A stretch of DNA of 64,000 nucleotides from contig CBDFLJ010000001.1 in NCBI GenBank assembly GCA_965248835.1, forward strand, positions 352,001-416,000, given 5' to 3'. Within the stretch, counting starts at the first letter, position 1; the number at the start of each line of letters is the position of its first letter. The notes beneath the pieces were generated by a model that worked only from the letters and a program-made list of their open reading frames with translations, did no database searches and had not been told where the DNA came from. The translations under genes were made by a program, and so were the position numbers. Positions 1-9,266 of the stretch are shown here, piece after piece. The stretch is from Alphaproteobacteria bacterium (GTDB lineage: Bacteria; Pseudomonadota; Alphaproteobacteria; MPNO01).

Positions 1-2127
1 TTCGGCGGCGCTTCGAACCGCATCGGCAGCGAGATGAAGAGCGTCGGAGAGGTCATGGCGATCGGCCGGACCTTCCCCGAGGTGCTGCAAAAGGCGGTGC
101 GCATGCTGGAGATCGGCGTCACCGGCGTCGATCCCGATGCGTTCGACATCGCCGACGTGCGCGACGAGATCGTGAACGCAACGCCGATTCGGGTCTTCGC
201 GATCGTGCGCGCGCTGCGGGACGGCATCCCGGTCGAGGAGATTGCGCGGCTGTCGGGAATCGATCCCTGGTTCGTCGACGGAGTGGCCGAGATCGTCGCC
301 ATGCGCGATACGCTCAAGTCCGAGGGGATCGGCGATCCGGTGTGCCGGCGCCGCGCCAAAGAGCTCGGCTTCGCCGATGTCGCCATCGACTCCCTGGCTC
401 GTGTCGCGGAGGGCGAAACCCGCCGCATCCGGCGCGCCGAAGGCATCAACCGCAGGCTGGTCCAGATCGACACCACGGCGGCGGAGTTCCCGGCCGAAAC
501 CAACTATCTCTATGCGACCTTCGGCGCGGAGGAGGACGAGGCGCCGCGGTTCGGCCGGCGCAAGATCATCGTCGTCGGATCGGGCCCCTATCGGATCGGC
601 TCCAGCGTCGAGTTCGACTGGTGCTGCGTCAACGCGGTCGAGGCGGCGGGCGATCTCGGGTTCGAGACCGTCATGGTCAACTACAACCCCGAGACCGTGA
701 GCACGGACTTCGACGTCTGCGACAAGCTGGTGTTCGACGAGATCACCTTCGAATCGATCCTCGACCTCTACGAACAGGAAGACCCCCTGGGCGTGGTCCT
801 CAGCATGGGCGGCCAGCTACCGAACAATCTCGCGCTCGACCTTGCCAAGGCGGGCGTGCGGATCCTGGGTACCGCGGCCGACGACATCGATCGTGCCGAG
901 GACCGTCAGAAGTTCTCCTCGATGCTCGACCGGCTGAACATCGACCAGCCGCGCTGGAGCCACGTGACCAGCCTGGAGCAGATCGAGGATGTGGTCGCCG
1001 AACTCGGTGGCTACCCGGTGCTGGTCCGGCCGTCCTACGTGCTCAGCGGCGCGGCGATGAGCGTCGCGCACGAGCCCCACGAGCTCGAGCGCATCCTCGG
1101 CCGCGCGTCCGCGGTCAGCCCGCGCCATCCGGTCGTGGTCTCCAAGTTCGAGACCCATGCCCGCGAGGTCGAGATCGACGCGGTCGCCGACCGGGGCAAG
1201 CTGGTGCTGTATGCGATCAGCGAGCACATCGAGGACGCGAGGGTGCATTCGGGCGATGCCACCCTCGTCCTGCCGCCCCAGCGGCTCTATATCGAGACTA
1301 TCCGCCAGATCAAGAAGGTCGCGGCCGCCATCGCCGCCGAGCTCCGCATCACCGGGCCGTTCAACATGCAGTTCCTGGCCAAGAACAACGCGGTCAAGGT
1401 GATCGAGTGCAACTTGCGCGCCTCGCGCAGCTTCCCGTTCGTCTCCAAGGTGACCGGGAACAACTTCGTCGCCGAGGCGATGCGCCGCATGCTGGGCGTG
1501 CGCCAGCCGATCGAAAACCACAGCCTCGACCTCGACCTGGTCGCAGTGAAGTCGCCCAAGTTCTCCTTCGACCGGCTGACCGGGGCGGATCCGATCCTGG
1601 GCGTGGAGATGGCCTCGACCGGGGAGGTCGGATGTTTCGGCGACGACCTGCACGAGGCGCTGCTGCACGCGATGCATGCCACCGGGTTCCGCTTCCCGAC
1701 CAAGGGCGTGCTGCTGTCGCTCGGCAAAGTCGAGGACAAGTTCTGGTTCGCCGACGAGGCGCGGGTGATCGCCGAGGACCTCAAACTGCCGATCTTCGCC
1801 ACAGAGGGCACCGCCCAGGCGCTCGATCTGGTCGGCATCGAATGCACGACAGTCTCCAAGGCGGCCGACGAGGAGCCGAGCGCAATCGCGTTGATCGACG
1901 ACGGGCAGGTCGACCTTGTGATCAACATCCCGCGCACGTTCGACGATCTGGGCCGGCCTGACGGCTATATGATCCGACGGCGCACGGTGGAGGCGGGCAT
2001 CCCGCTGATCACCGACCTGCAACTCGCCCGCGCTGTGGTCGAGGCGCTGCGGCGGCGCGACAAAGACTCGCTCGAAGTCCATGCCTGGCAGGACTACATG
2101 GAGCGTTCGCCGGTGGCGCTGAACTGA
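1..2127 (+). CDS. carB: Carbamoyl-phosphate synthase large subunit, 5'-truncated by the window edge
   Basis: Frame is open from base 1. Motifs MKSVGEVMAIGR, RIGSSVEFDWC, NPETVSTD, RPSYVLSG, HSGDA, NLRASRSFPFVSK; C-terminal MGS-like domain (ATEGTA...DLVINIP). Confidence 0.97.
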   Translation, partial: FGGASNRIGSEMKSVGEVMAIGRTFPEVLQKAVRMLEIGVTGVDPDAFDIADVRDEIVNATPIRVFAIVRALRDGIPVEEIARLSGIDPWFVDGVAEIVAMRDTLKSEGIGDPVCRRRAKELGFADVAIDSLARVAEGETRRIRRAEGINRRLVQIDTTAAEFPAETNYLYATFGAEEDEAPRFGRRKIIVVGSGPYRIGSSVEFDWCCVNAVEAAGDLGFETVMVNYNPETVSTDFDVCDKLVFDEITFESILDLYEQEDPLGVVLSMGGQLPNNLALDLAKAGVRILGTAADDIDRAEDRQKFSSMLDRLNIDQPRWSHVTSLEQIEDVVAELGGYPVLVRPSYVLSGAAMSVAHEPHELERILGRASAVSPRHPVVVSKFETHAREVEIDAVADRGKLVLYAISEHIEDARVHSGDATLVLPPQRLYIETIRQIKKVAAAIAAELRITGPFNMQFLAKNNAVKVIECNLRASRSFPFVSKVTGNNFVAEAMRRMLGVRQPIENHSLDLDLVAVKSPKFSFDRLTGADPILGVEMASTGEVGCFGDDLHEALLHAMHATGFRFPTKGVLLSLGKVEDKFWFADEARVIAEDLKLPIFATEGTAQALDLVGIECTTVSKAADEEPSAIALIDDGQVDLVINIPRTFDDLGRPDGYMIRRRTVEAGIPLITDLQLARAVVEALRRRDKDSLEVHAWQDYMERSPVALN

Positions 2128-2185
2128 CCGGCGCGGCCACCCCTGGTTCCTTGCTCTGCTCCGGTGAAGCTGCTACCAAGACCGC

Positions 2186-2851
2186 GTGTCGCACCCCTTG
2201 CGAATAGCGCCATCGATCCTCTCGGCGGACTTCGCGAAGCTGGGCGCGGAGGTGCGCGCGCTGGGCGATGCGGGGGCCGATCTGATCCATGTCGACGTGA
2301 TGGACGGCCACTTCGTTCCCAACATCACCATCGGTCCCGATGTGGTCAAAGCGTTGAAGCCGCATTCGACGCTGCCCTTCGATGTCCATCTGATGATCGC
2401 CCCGGTCGATCCCTACATCCCCAGCTTCGCCCAAGCCGGCGCCGATATCATCACGGTCCACGCCGAGTCGGGCCCGCATCTCCACCGCAGTATCCAGCTG
2501 GTCCGGGACCAGGGCTGCAAGGCGGGCGTCTCGCTCAACCCGGCCACCCCTGCCAGCGCGATCGCACCGGTCCTCGATGAAGTCGACCTGGTGCTGGTGA
2601 TGAGCGTGAACCCCGGCTTCGGCGGGCAGTCCTTCATCGAAAGCCAACTCGACAAGCTGCGCACGCTGCGGGCGATGATCGACGAGACCGGTCGCGACAT
2701 CGCGCTCGAAGTCGATGGCGGGATCAACCTCGAGACCGCGCCGCGCGCGGTTCAGGCCGGGGCCGATATCCTCGTCGCGGGCACCGCGACCTTCGCCGGC
2801 GGAGAGGCCGCGTATGCGCAGAACATCCGCGCCCTTCGAAACAGCGGCTGA
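2186..2851 (+). CDS. rpe: Ribulose-phosphate 3-epimerase
   Basis: [44 protein letters not shown] motifs; GTG start. Confidence 0.97.
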   Translation: MSHPLRIAPSILSADFAKLGAEVRALGDAGADLIHVDVMDGHFVPNITIGPDVVKALKPHSTLPFDVHLMIAPVDPYIPSFAQAGADIITVHAESGPHLHRSIQLVRDQGCKAGVSLNPATPASAIAPVLDEVDLVLVMSVNPGFGGQSFIESQLDKLRTLRAMIDETGRDIALEVDGGINLETAPRAVQAGADILVAGTATFAGGEAAYAQNIRALRNSG

Positions 2852-2921
2852 GACCGGCGCGCTGACCGCGACCAGCGAGTCGGCCGCCGAAGTGCCCGGA
2901 GCGGGCGGCCGGGTGCGGCCG

Positions 2922-4577
2922 ATGCAAGCCATCAACATCGCGCGCTACGCCATGCATCGGCTGACTCCCAGGCGCCTGGCCTATGCCGGCGCGATGCTGT
3001 GGTTCAACGGCCTGTTCTATCACCACACGCTGGGCGGCCGGCGCGCGCGCGGGCTCACCTTCGCGCCGCAGGAATCGTGGCCGGGCGATGCCCGCCGCGG
3101 CGGCGCGATCCTCAAGGACGAATACGTCTTCGCCGGCCATGCGGAGACCGAGCCGGCCGCGCTGTGGCGCGCCAAGAGCGCCACCGAAGACTGGCTGGCC
3201 GGGCTGCATTCCTTCGACTGGTTGCGCGACCTGCGCGCGGTCGGCGGCGCGGCCGCCCGGCGCCGCAGCCGCGACCTGGTGATGGACTGGCTGGAGCATG
3301 AAGACCGCTGGCGCCCGGTCTCGTGGCGCCCGGACGTGCTGGCGCAAAGACTCGCAAGCTGGCTGACCTATGCCGAATATCTGTTCCCTGTCGAGGGGGG
3401 GGTCGACGCCAAGCCGTTCCTGCGCTCTCTTGCGCGGCAATCCAACCACCTGTGCCGCGTGGTCGGGCTGCTCGATCCCGGGGTCGAACGCCTGATCGCC
3501 TTGCGCGGGCTGGTCTATGCCGGGGTCTGCATGGGCGAGCAGGCACGCCGGCTGCCGCGCTGGCTCGATCTCCTTGCCACGGAGGTCAACGCCCAGGTCG
3601 CGACCGACGGCGGCCACCTGACCCGCAGCCCGGCCGTCCAGTTCGCGATCCTGCGCCACCTGGTCGACCTGCGCACCCTGTTGCGCGAATCGGGCATCGA
3701 GACGCCGCAAGCGATCCAGAACGCAATCGACCGGATGGCGCCGATGGTGCGCTTCTTCCGCCACGGCGACGGCGGGCTCGCGCTGTTCAACGACACCAAC
3801 GAGGAAGAGAACTGGCTTATCGACGTCGTGCTGAGCCGCGCGGAGGCGCGCGGCAAGCCGCTGGACGAGGCGCCCCATATCGGTTTCCAACGGATGATGG
3901 TCAATCGCACGCTGGTGCTGATGGATACCGGCCCGGTGGCGCCGCGGGGTTTCGACGCCCAGGCCCATGCCGGGACGTTGAGCTTCGAGATGAGCGTCGG
4001 CCGCCAGCGGCTGATCGTCAATTGCGGCGCCTATGCGGGCGCCAGGGAAGACTGGCGGAAGGCCCAGCGCACCACCGCGGCCCATTCGACGGTAACCATC
4101 GACGACCTCAACTCGGCCGAGATCCTGAGCGGCAAGGTGATCGGGGTGCGCCCTCGCCTGGCCAGGGTCACCAGGCGCGAAGCTGACGGAAATCTTTGGA
4201 TCGATGCCGGGATCGCGGAGTATTGCGGGATCTCCGGGCTGGGCCACCGCCGCCGGCTGTACTTGTCATCGAACGGCGGCGACCTGCGCGGTGAGGACAC
4301 GCTGGTCGGCAAGGGCAACCGCCGGTTCTCGGTGCGCTTCCACCTGCACCCTTCTGTGACTGCCTCGCTCGCCCAGAACGCCGAATCAGTGCTGTTGCGG
4401 CTGGGCGACGGCGGCGGCTGGCGGATACGCGCGACCGGCGGGGTGGCGAGCCTGCAGGAGAGCGTCTATCTCGGCATGCGCGGCGAGCCGCGGCGCACCG
4501 AGCAGGTGGTCATCTCCGGCGCCCTGCAGGGCGGCGAGGCCCAGATCAAATGGGCGCTGACCAAGCTCGGCGCATAG
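2922..4577 (+). CDS. Heparinase II/III-like family protein
   Basis: LHSFDWLRDL, DGGH..RSP, FFRHGDGGLALFN, AHAGTLSFEMS, R.TAAHST motifs; usual neighbour of rpe in Alphaproteobacteria. Start uncertain (ATG 2922 chosen). Confidence 0.85.
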   Translation: MQAINIARYAMHRLTPRRLAYAGAMLWFNGLFYHHTLGGRRARGLTFAPQESWPGDARRGGAILKDEYVFAGHAETEPAALWRAKSATEDWLAGLHSFDWLRDLRAVGGAAARRRSRDLVMDWLEHEDRWRPVSWRPDVLAQRLASWLTYAEYLFPVEGGVDAKPFLRSLARQSNHLCRVVGLLDPGVERLIALRGLVYAGVCMGEQARRLPRWLDLLATEVNAQVATDGGHLTRSPAVQFAILRHLVDLRTLLRESGIETPQAIQNAIDRMAPMVRFFRHGDGGLALFNDTNEEENWLIDVVLSRAEARGKPLDEAPHIGFQRMMVNRTLVLMDTGPVAPRGFDAQAHAGTLSFEMSVGRQRLIVNCGAYAGAREDWRKAQRTTAAHSTVTIDDLNSAEILSGKVIGVRPRLARVTRREADGNLWIDAGIAEYCGISGLGHRRRLYLSSNGGDLRGEDTLVGKGNRRFSVRFHLHPSVTASLAQNAESVLLRLGDGGGWRIRATGGVASLQESVYLGMRGEPRRTEQVVISGALQGGEAQIKWALTKLGA

Positions 4578-4620
4578 AGCATGGTCCAACCGGGCCGGCG
4601 AGATCGGGTGGGGAGATGGT

Positions 4621-6318
4621 TTAGAACAGCCCCTCGATCTCACCGCGCTCATTGACCGTGATCGCGTTCGCCGCCGGCACCCGCGGCAGTCCCGGCATGG
4701 TCATGATGTCGCCGCAGATCGCCACCAGGAACCCTGCCCCGTTGGCGAGCCTGACCTCGCGCACGGCGAGGTCGTGGCCCTCCGGCGCACCGAGGAGCGT
4801 CGGGTCGGCCGACAGGCTGAGCGGGGTCTTGGCCATGCACACCGGCAGGGCGCCGTACCCGCCGTCCTGGTAGGTCTGGATCTGGCGCCTGACACGGTCG
4901 GGCGCGGAAACCAGTCCGGCCCGGTAGACCGCGCGCGCGATAGTCTCGATCTTCTCCCACAGCGGCATCTCGTCGGGGTAGAGGAGCTTGAAACCGTCGT
5001 TCGGCGTCTCGGCCGCCGCGACGACTTTCTCGGCAAGCGCGGCTGCACCCGGCCCGCCCAGGCCCCAATGGTTGCATTCCACCGCGTCTACGCCGCGCGC
5101 CGCGCAGGCCTCGGCGACCACCGCGATCTCCGCATCGCTATCGGCGACGAACCGGTTGAGCGCCACCACCACCGGCACGCCGAAGCCTTGCAGGATCTCG
5201 ACATGGCGCATCAGATTGACCACGCCGTCCTTGACCGCGGCGAGGTTTTCCGCGCCGAGGTCCGAACGGGCGACGCCGCCATGCATCTTGATCGCACGGA
5301 TCGTGCCGACCAGGACCGCGGCGTCGGGCTCGAGCCCGGCCTTGCGGCACTTGATGTCGATGAACTTCTCGCCACCGAGATCGGCGCCGAACCCGGCTTC
5401 GGTGACCACGTAATCGGCGAGCTTGAGCGCGGTCCGGGTGGCAGTGACCGAGTTGCAGCCGTGCGCGATATTGGCGAACGGCCCGCCGTGGACGAAGGCC
5501 GCGGTCTTCTCCAAGGTCTGCACCATGTTGGGCAGGATCGCCTCCTTGAGCAACGCGGTCATCGGCCCCGGCGCCATCAGGTCGCGGGCGAAGACCGGCG
5601 CTCGGTCCCTGGTCTCGGCGACGATGATGTTGCCCAGCCGCTCCTTGAGGTCGGCGAGGCTCTCGGCCAGGCAGAAGACCGCCATAACCTCGGAGGCCAC
5701 CGTGATGTCGAAGCCGTCCTCGCGCGGGAAGCCGTTGGCCACCCCGCCCAGGGAGCCGACGATCGAGCGCAGCGCCCGGTCGTTGAGGTCGACCACCCGA
5801 CGCCAGAAAATCCGCCGCGGATCGATGCCCAGCGCGTTGCCCCAGTAGATGTGGTTGTCGAGCAGCGCTGCAAGCAGGTTGTGGGCCGAGCCGATGGCGT
5901 GAAAGTCGCCGGTGAAATGGAGGTTGATATCCTCCATCGGCACGACCTGGGCATAGCCGCCGCCGGCAGCGCCCCCCTTGACGCCGAAACACGGCCCGAG
6001 GCTCGGCTCGCGCAGGCAGATCATCGCCTTCTTGCCGATATGGTTCAGCGCATCGCCCAGCCCGACGGTCGTTGTGGTCTTGCCCTCCCCGGCCGGCGTG
6101 GGCGTCATCCCGGTGGTCAGGATCAGCTTGCCGTCGGGCCGCCCGGCCAGGGTGTCGATATAGTCCAGCGAGATCTTCGCCTTGTGCGGGCCGTAGCGGT
6201 AGACCGCGTCATCGGGAATCCCCAGCCCGCCGGTGATCTCGGTGATATCGCTCAAACGCGCCGCACGGGCGATCTCGAGGTCGGACTTCACCTCGCCGGC
6301 CGGAGCCTTGCTGTTCAT
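4621..6318 (-). CDS. fhs: Formate--tetrahydrofolate ligase
   Basis: [65 protein letters not shown]; AGGAGG RBS before ATG 6318. Confidence 0.97.
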   Translation of the reverse strand: MNSKAPAGEVKSDLEIARAARLSDITEITGGLGIPDDAVYRYGPHKAKISLDYIDTLAGRPDGKLILTTGMTPTPAGEGKTTTTVGLGDALNHIGKKAMICLREPSLGPCFGVKGGAAGGGYAQVVPMEDINLHFTGDFHAIGSAHNLLAALLDNHIYWGNALGIDPRRIFWRRVVDLNDRALRSIVGSLGGVANGFPREDGFDITVASEVMAVFCLAESLADLKERLGNIIVAETRDRAPVFARDLMAPGPMTALLKEAILPNMVQTLEKTAAFVHGGPFANIAHGCNSVTATRTALKLADYVVTEAGFGADLGGEKFIDIKCRKAGLEPDAAVLVGTIRAIKMHGGVARSDLGAENLAAVKDGVVNLMRHVEILQGFGVPVVVALNRFVADSDAEIAVVAEACAARGVDAVECNHWGLGGPGAAALAEKVVAAAETPNDGFKLLYPDEMPLWEKIETIARAVYRAGLVSAPDRVRRQIQTYQDGGYGALPVCMAKTPLSLSADPTLLGAPEGHDLAVREVRLANGAGFLVAICGDIMTMPGLPRVPAANAITVNERGEIEGLF

Positions 6319-6621
6319 AACGCCTCCTCTGGACACTGGCGGGGAATTTAGAGTGGCCTGGGCCGGGGCGTAAAGCCCGGCCCGGCGGTCGTCGCCGTCG
6401 CCGGGGGCTCTCCGCGCCGAGGCCCCGCCCCGGCTTGCCGGCCTGACCGGCCGGTGACATAGTCGAATAAGACCCTTTCACGTTCCACGCTTCTCCCCGA
6501 CCGCCCGGTGCGCAGGAGCTGAGCGGCTTTCGGGTTTCATCGGGGATGCAGCCATGACCACGGGGATGCGCCGCCGGTCGATGCCCGCCGGGCCGGCTCG
6601 GTGAATGCGCCCGAGGATGCG

Positions 6622-7863
6622 ATGAGGCATCAGGCCTACACGATCTACGCCGTGCTGTGCGCCGGTTTCATCGCCAGCCAATTCTTCCGGGTCTCGAACG
6701 CGGTCATCGCCCCGGAGCTCATGTCGAGCCTCGCCATCGGCACCGCGACGATGGGCGTGCTCACCGGCATGTTCTTCCTCGCCTTCGCCGCGATGCAGAT
6801 CCCGGCCGGCATGCTGCTCGACCGCTACGGCGCGCGGCGGACGATGTCGGGCCTGTTCCTGTTGGCGGGCGTCGGGGCGATCCTGTTCGCGACCGCCGGC
6901 GGCGGCTTCGGCTTGATCGCCGGGCGCGCCGTGATCGGCGTCGGCTGCGCGCTCGGGCTGATGGGGGCGATGGTGGTGATCGCCCGCTGGTTCGCGAAGG
7001 AACGCTACGCGCGGCTGATCTCGCTGCTCTACGCGCTGGGCGGGATCGGGGCGCTCCTGGCATCCACGCCGTTGGCCGCCCTCGCCGAGGCGATCGGATG
7101 GCGCGGCGCGTTCCTGGTCATGGCCGCCCTCACCGGCCTGCTCGCCATACTGCTGTTCCTGGTCATCCGCGATGCGCCCGGCGGCGGCACCGCACCGGCA
7201 AGCACGGCATCACCCCGCCATCTTCTGGTCGGGCTGCGCGAGATTTTCGCCAACAGGGAGATCTGGTGGATCTGCTCGATCCAGTTCGTCTGTTATGCCA
7301 GCGTCCTGTCGATCGTCGGACTGTGGGCCGGGCCCTACCTCAACGACGTGCACGGGATGACCGGGATCGCGCGCGGCAACATGCTGCTCGCGCTCAACAT
7401 CGCCCTGTTGGTCGCCGTCATGTTGTTCACCCAGATCGAGCGCTGGCTGAACTCGCGCAGGACCGCGATCATCGGCGGTGGCGGCGTCTCGATCGGCGTC
7501 CTCGTCATGCTTGCGCTGCTGCCGGACCTCGGCCTGTGGTCCGCCTTCGCGCTGCTGATCCTGTTCACGGCCTCGGGCGCATATTTCATGCTGATCCACG
7601 CCCATGCGCGCGCCGTGCTTCCCGACCATCTGATGGGCCGGGGCCTCACGGCCCAGAACCTCGCGGTCATGCTGGGCGTTTTCGTCGTTCAATCGCTGTG
7701 CGGCGTGATCATCGGCGCCTTCGAGCCCGAGGCCGGCCAGGCCCCGGAGATTGCCTATCGCGCGGCGTTCGGCTTCCTCGCGGTTTGCCTGGCGATCGGC
7801 TTGGCGCTGTACAGCCGGATCAGCGACGTCGCGCCGCGCAGCGAGGGCAAGCCGGCCGGCTAA
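6622..7863 (+). CDS. MFS transporter
   Basis: About 12 hydrophobic segments; MFS motif A (GMLLDRYGARR). Confidence 0.9.
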   Translation: MRHQAYTIYAVLCAGFIASQFFRVSNAVIAPELMSSLAIGTATMGVLTGMFFLAFAAMQIPAGMLLDRYGARRTMSGLFLLAGVGAILFATAGGGFGLIAGRAVIGVGCALGLMGAMVVIARWFAKERYARLISLLYALGGIGALLASTPLAALAEAIGWRGAFLVMAALTGLLAILLFLVIRDAPGGGTAPASTASPRHLLVGLREIFANREIWWICSIQFVCYASVLSIVGLWAGPYLNDVHGMTGIARGNMLLALNIALLVAVMLFTQIERWLNSRRTAIIGGGGVSIGVLVMLALLPDLGLWSAFALLILFTASGAYFMLIHAHARAVLPDHLMGRGLTAQNLAVMLGVFVVQSLCGVIIGAFEPEAGQAPEIAYRAAFGFLAVCLAIGLALYSRISDVAPRSEGKPAG

Positions 7864-7963
7864 GGACGTCGCGCGCCTCCGGCAGATATTCTCCCCGACC
7901 GCGCGGCGGCCTATGCTGTCCCGTCGAGATACACGCCAAGAGGGGAACCGGAGGAACAGAGCG

Positions 7964-8692
7964 ATGCCAAACGCGGTCGAGTTCGATACCGAGATCGGTG
8001 AACGCTTCATCCGCTATGCGCGGCTGGTCGCAAACCGCGGCTTCATCCATAACACGTTGGGCAACATGGTGATCCGCGCGGCGCACCCGGACTTCGAGCA
8101 CGGGGTGGCCTATACCAAGCACGCCGAGATCTCGCTGGAGGAGATGTCCGTCGACAATATCGTGATCACCGACGTGCCGACCAGCGAGATCCTCCATGGC
8201 GAGGCGATCACCAGCATCGGCCACAACCTCAACCGCGAGATCCTGAGGCTGCGGCCGGATATCAACGCGGTCATCCACGTCCACGACGACGACACGATCG
8301 CCTTTTTCGGCTCGGGCGGGTTCCGCGAGGTCGGGATCATCTCGCTCGACATGCCCTTCATCCACGGCAAACCGCCCTACTACCTGCCCGCCGACATGGA
8401 TGTCGAAGCCGATGTCGGGCCGGTCAAGGACTTCATCGCCGGCACCAACTGCGTCGTCCTGTTGGGGCATGGCGTGACCACGCTGGGGCGGACGATCTCG
8501 GAGGCCTATCACCGGCTGACGGCGTTCACCTCGGAGGTCCGCCGCAACATCGTCGCCGAACAGCTCGCTGCCATCAAAGGAAGCCGCGTCCAGTACCGCA
8601 GCCAGGAAGAGATCGATCACATGCATCGGTTCGCCGAGAAGATCATCTACCCCGACCGCGCGGAGGACGTGATGGCCGAAGACGCGGCCTGA
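7964..8692 (+). CDS. Class II aldolase/adducin family protein (atypical)
   Basis: GN motif, RPD..AVIHVH and LLGHG Zn-ligand motifs; GGAGG RBS before ATG 7964. Confidence 0.8.
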   Translation: MPNAVEFDTEIGERFIRYARLVANRGFIHNTLGNMVIRAAHPDFEHGVAYTKHAEISLEEMSVDNIVITDVPTSEILHGEAITSIGHNLNREILRLRPDINAVIHVHDDDTIAFFGSGGFREVGIISLDMPFIHGKPPYYLPADMDVEADVGPVKDFIAGTNCVVLLGHGVTTLGRTISEAYHRLTAFTSEVRRNIVAEQLAAIKGSRVQYRSQEEIDHMHRFAEKIIYPDRAEDVMAEDAA

Positions 8693-8708
8693 TCGGGTCG
8701 GACCGGGT

Positions 8709-8744
8709 TCCTGCCGCGCTGCGATCGCAACGGCGCCGGCAGGA
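8709..8744. other. Intercistronic stem-loop
   Basis: TCCTGCCG (8709-8716) and CGGCAGGA (8737-8744) form an inverted repeat enclosing the palindrome TGCGATCGCA; no U-tract. Confidence 0.4.
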
Positions 8745-8776
8745 CATCGAGAACGCCTTGACGGGGAGGACGAAAG

Positions 8777-9250
8777 GTGGCGGGAAAGATCGAAGCGCGC
8801 ATGGCGGAACTCGGGATCGAGCTGCCACCGGCGGTCGAGCCCAAGGTGGCGAAGATCCTGACCGCGAAGCTCAGCGGCGAATGGCTGTTCGTCTCCGGCG
8901 CGGTGCCCCGGATCGGCGGCGAGATCCACTATATCGGCAAGGTCGGCCGCGAATTCTCCCTCCAGGAGGGCCAGGCCTCGGCCCGGCTGAGCGTCCTCAA
9001 CGTGCTGGCGGCCGCCAAACGGGCGCTCAACGGCGACCTCGACCGCATCGTCGAGATCGTCAAGATCAAGGGCTATATCAACGTCGACCCCGACTTCACC
9101 CAGATTTCCGAGACGCTGAACGGCGCCTCCGAGGTGCTGATCGACCTCTTCGGCGAGCCCGGCCGCCACGCGCGGACCGCGATCGGCGTGGCCAGCATGC
9201 CCTTCGGCGTCGCCATCGAGGTCGAGGCCCTGATGCGGGTCAGGCCGTAG
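8777..9250 (+). CDS. RidA/YjgF family protein (Rid1-like)
   Basis: LFVSG, NGASE.L..LFGE.G.HARTAIGV...P.GVAIEVE; the conserved Arg is present. Confidence 0.9.
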   Translation: MAGKIEARMAELGIELPPAVEPKVAKILTAKLSGEWLFVSGAVPRIGGEIHYIGKVGREFSLQEGQASARLSVLNVLAAAKRALNGDLDRIVEIVKIKGYINVDPDFTQISETLNGASEVLIDLFGEPGRHARTAIGVASMPFGVAIEVEALMRVRP

Positions 9251-9266
9251 CCGCGGGCAGCCCTGA

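Noticed and set aside
6340-6600. ZMP/ZTP, glycine or THF riboswitch upstream of fhs
   Set aside because: The conserved cores were not found; only an isolated GGAGAG and generic GC hairpins are present.
8703-8717. 15-nt match CCGGGTTCCTGCCGC, also at 61529-61543
   Set aside because: Only two copies, GC-rich and with different flanks; compatible with chance in 64 kb.
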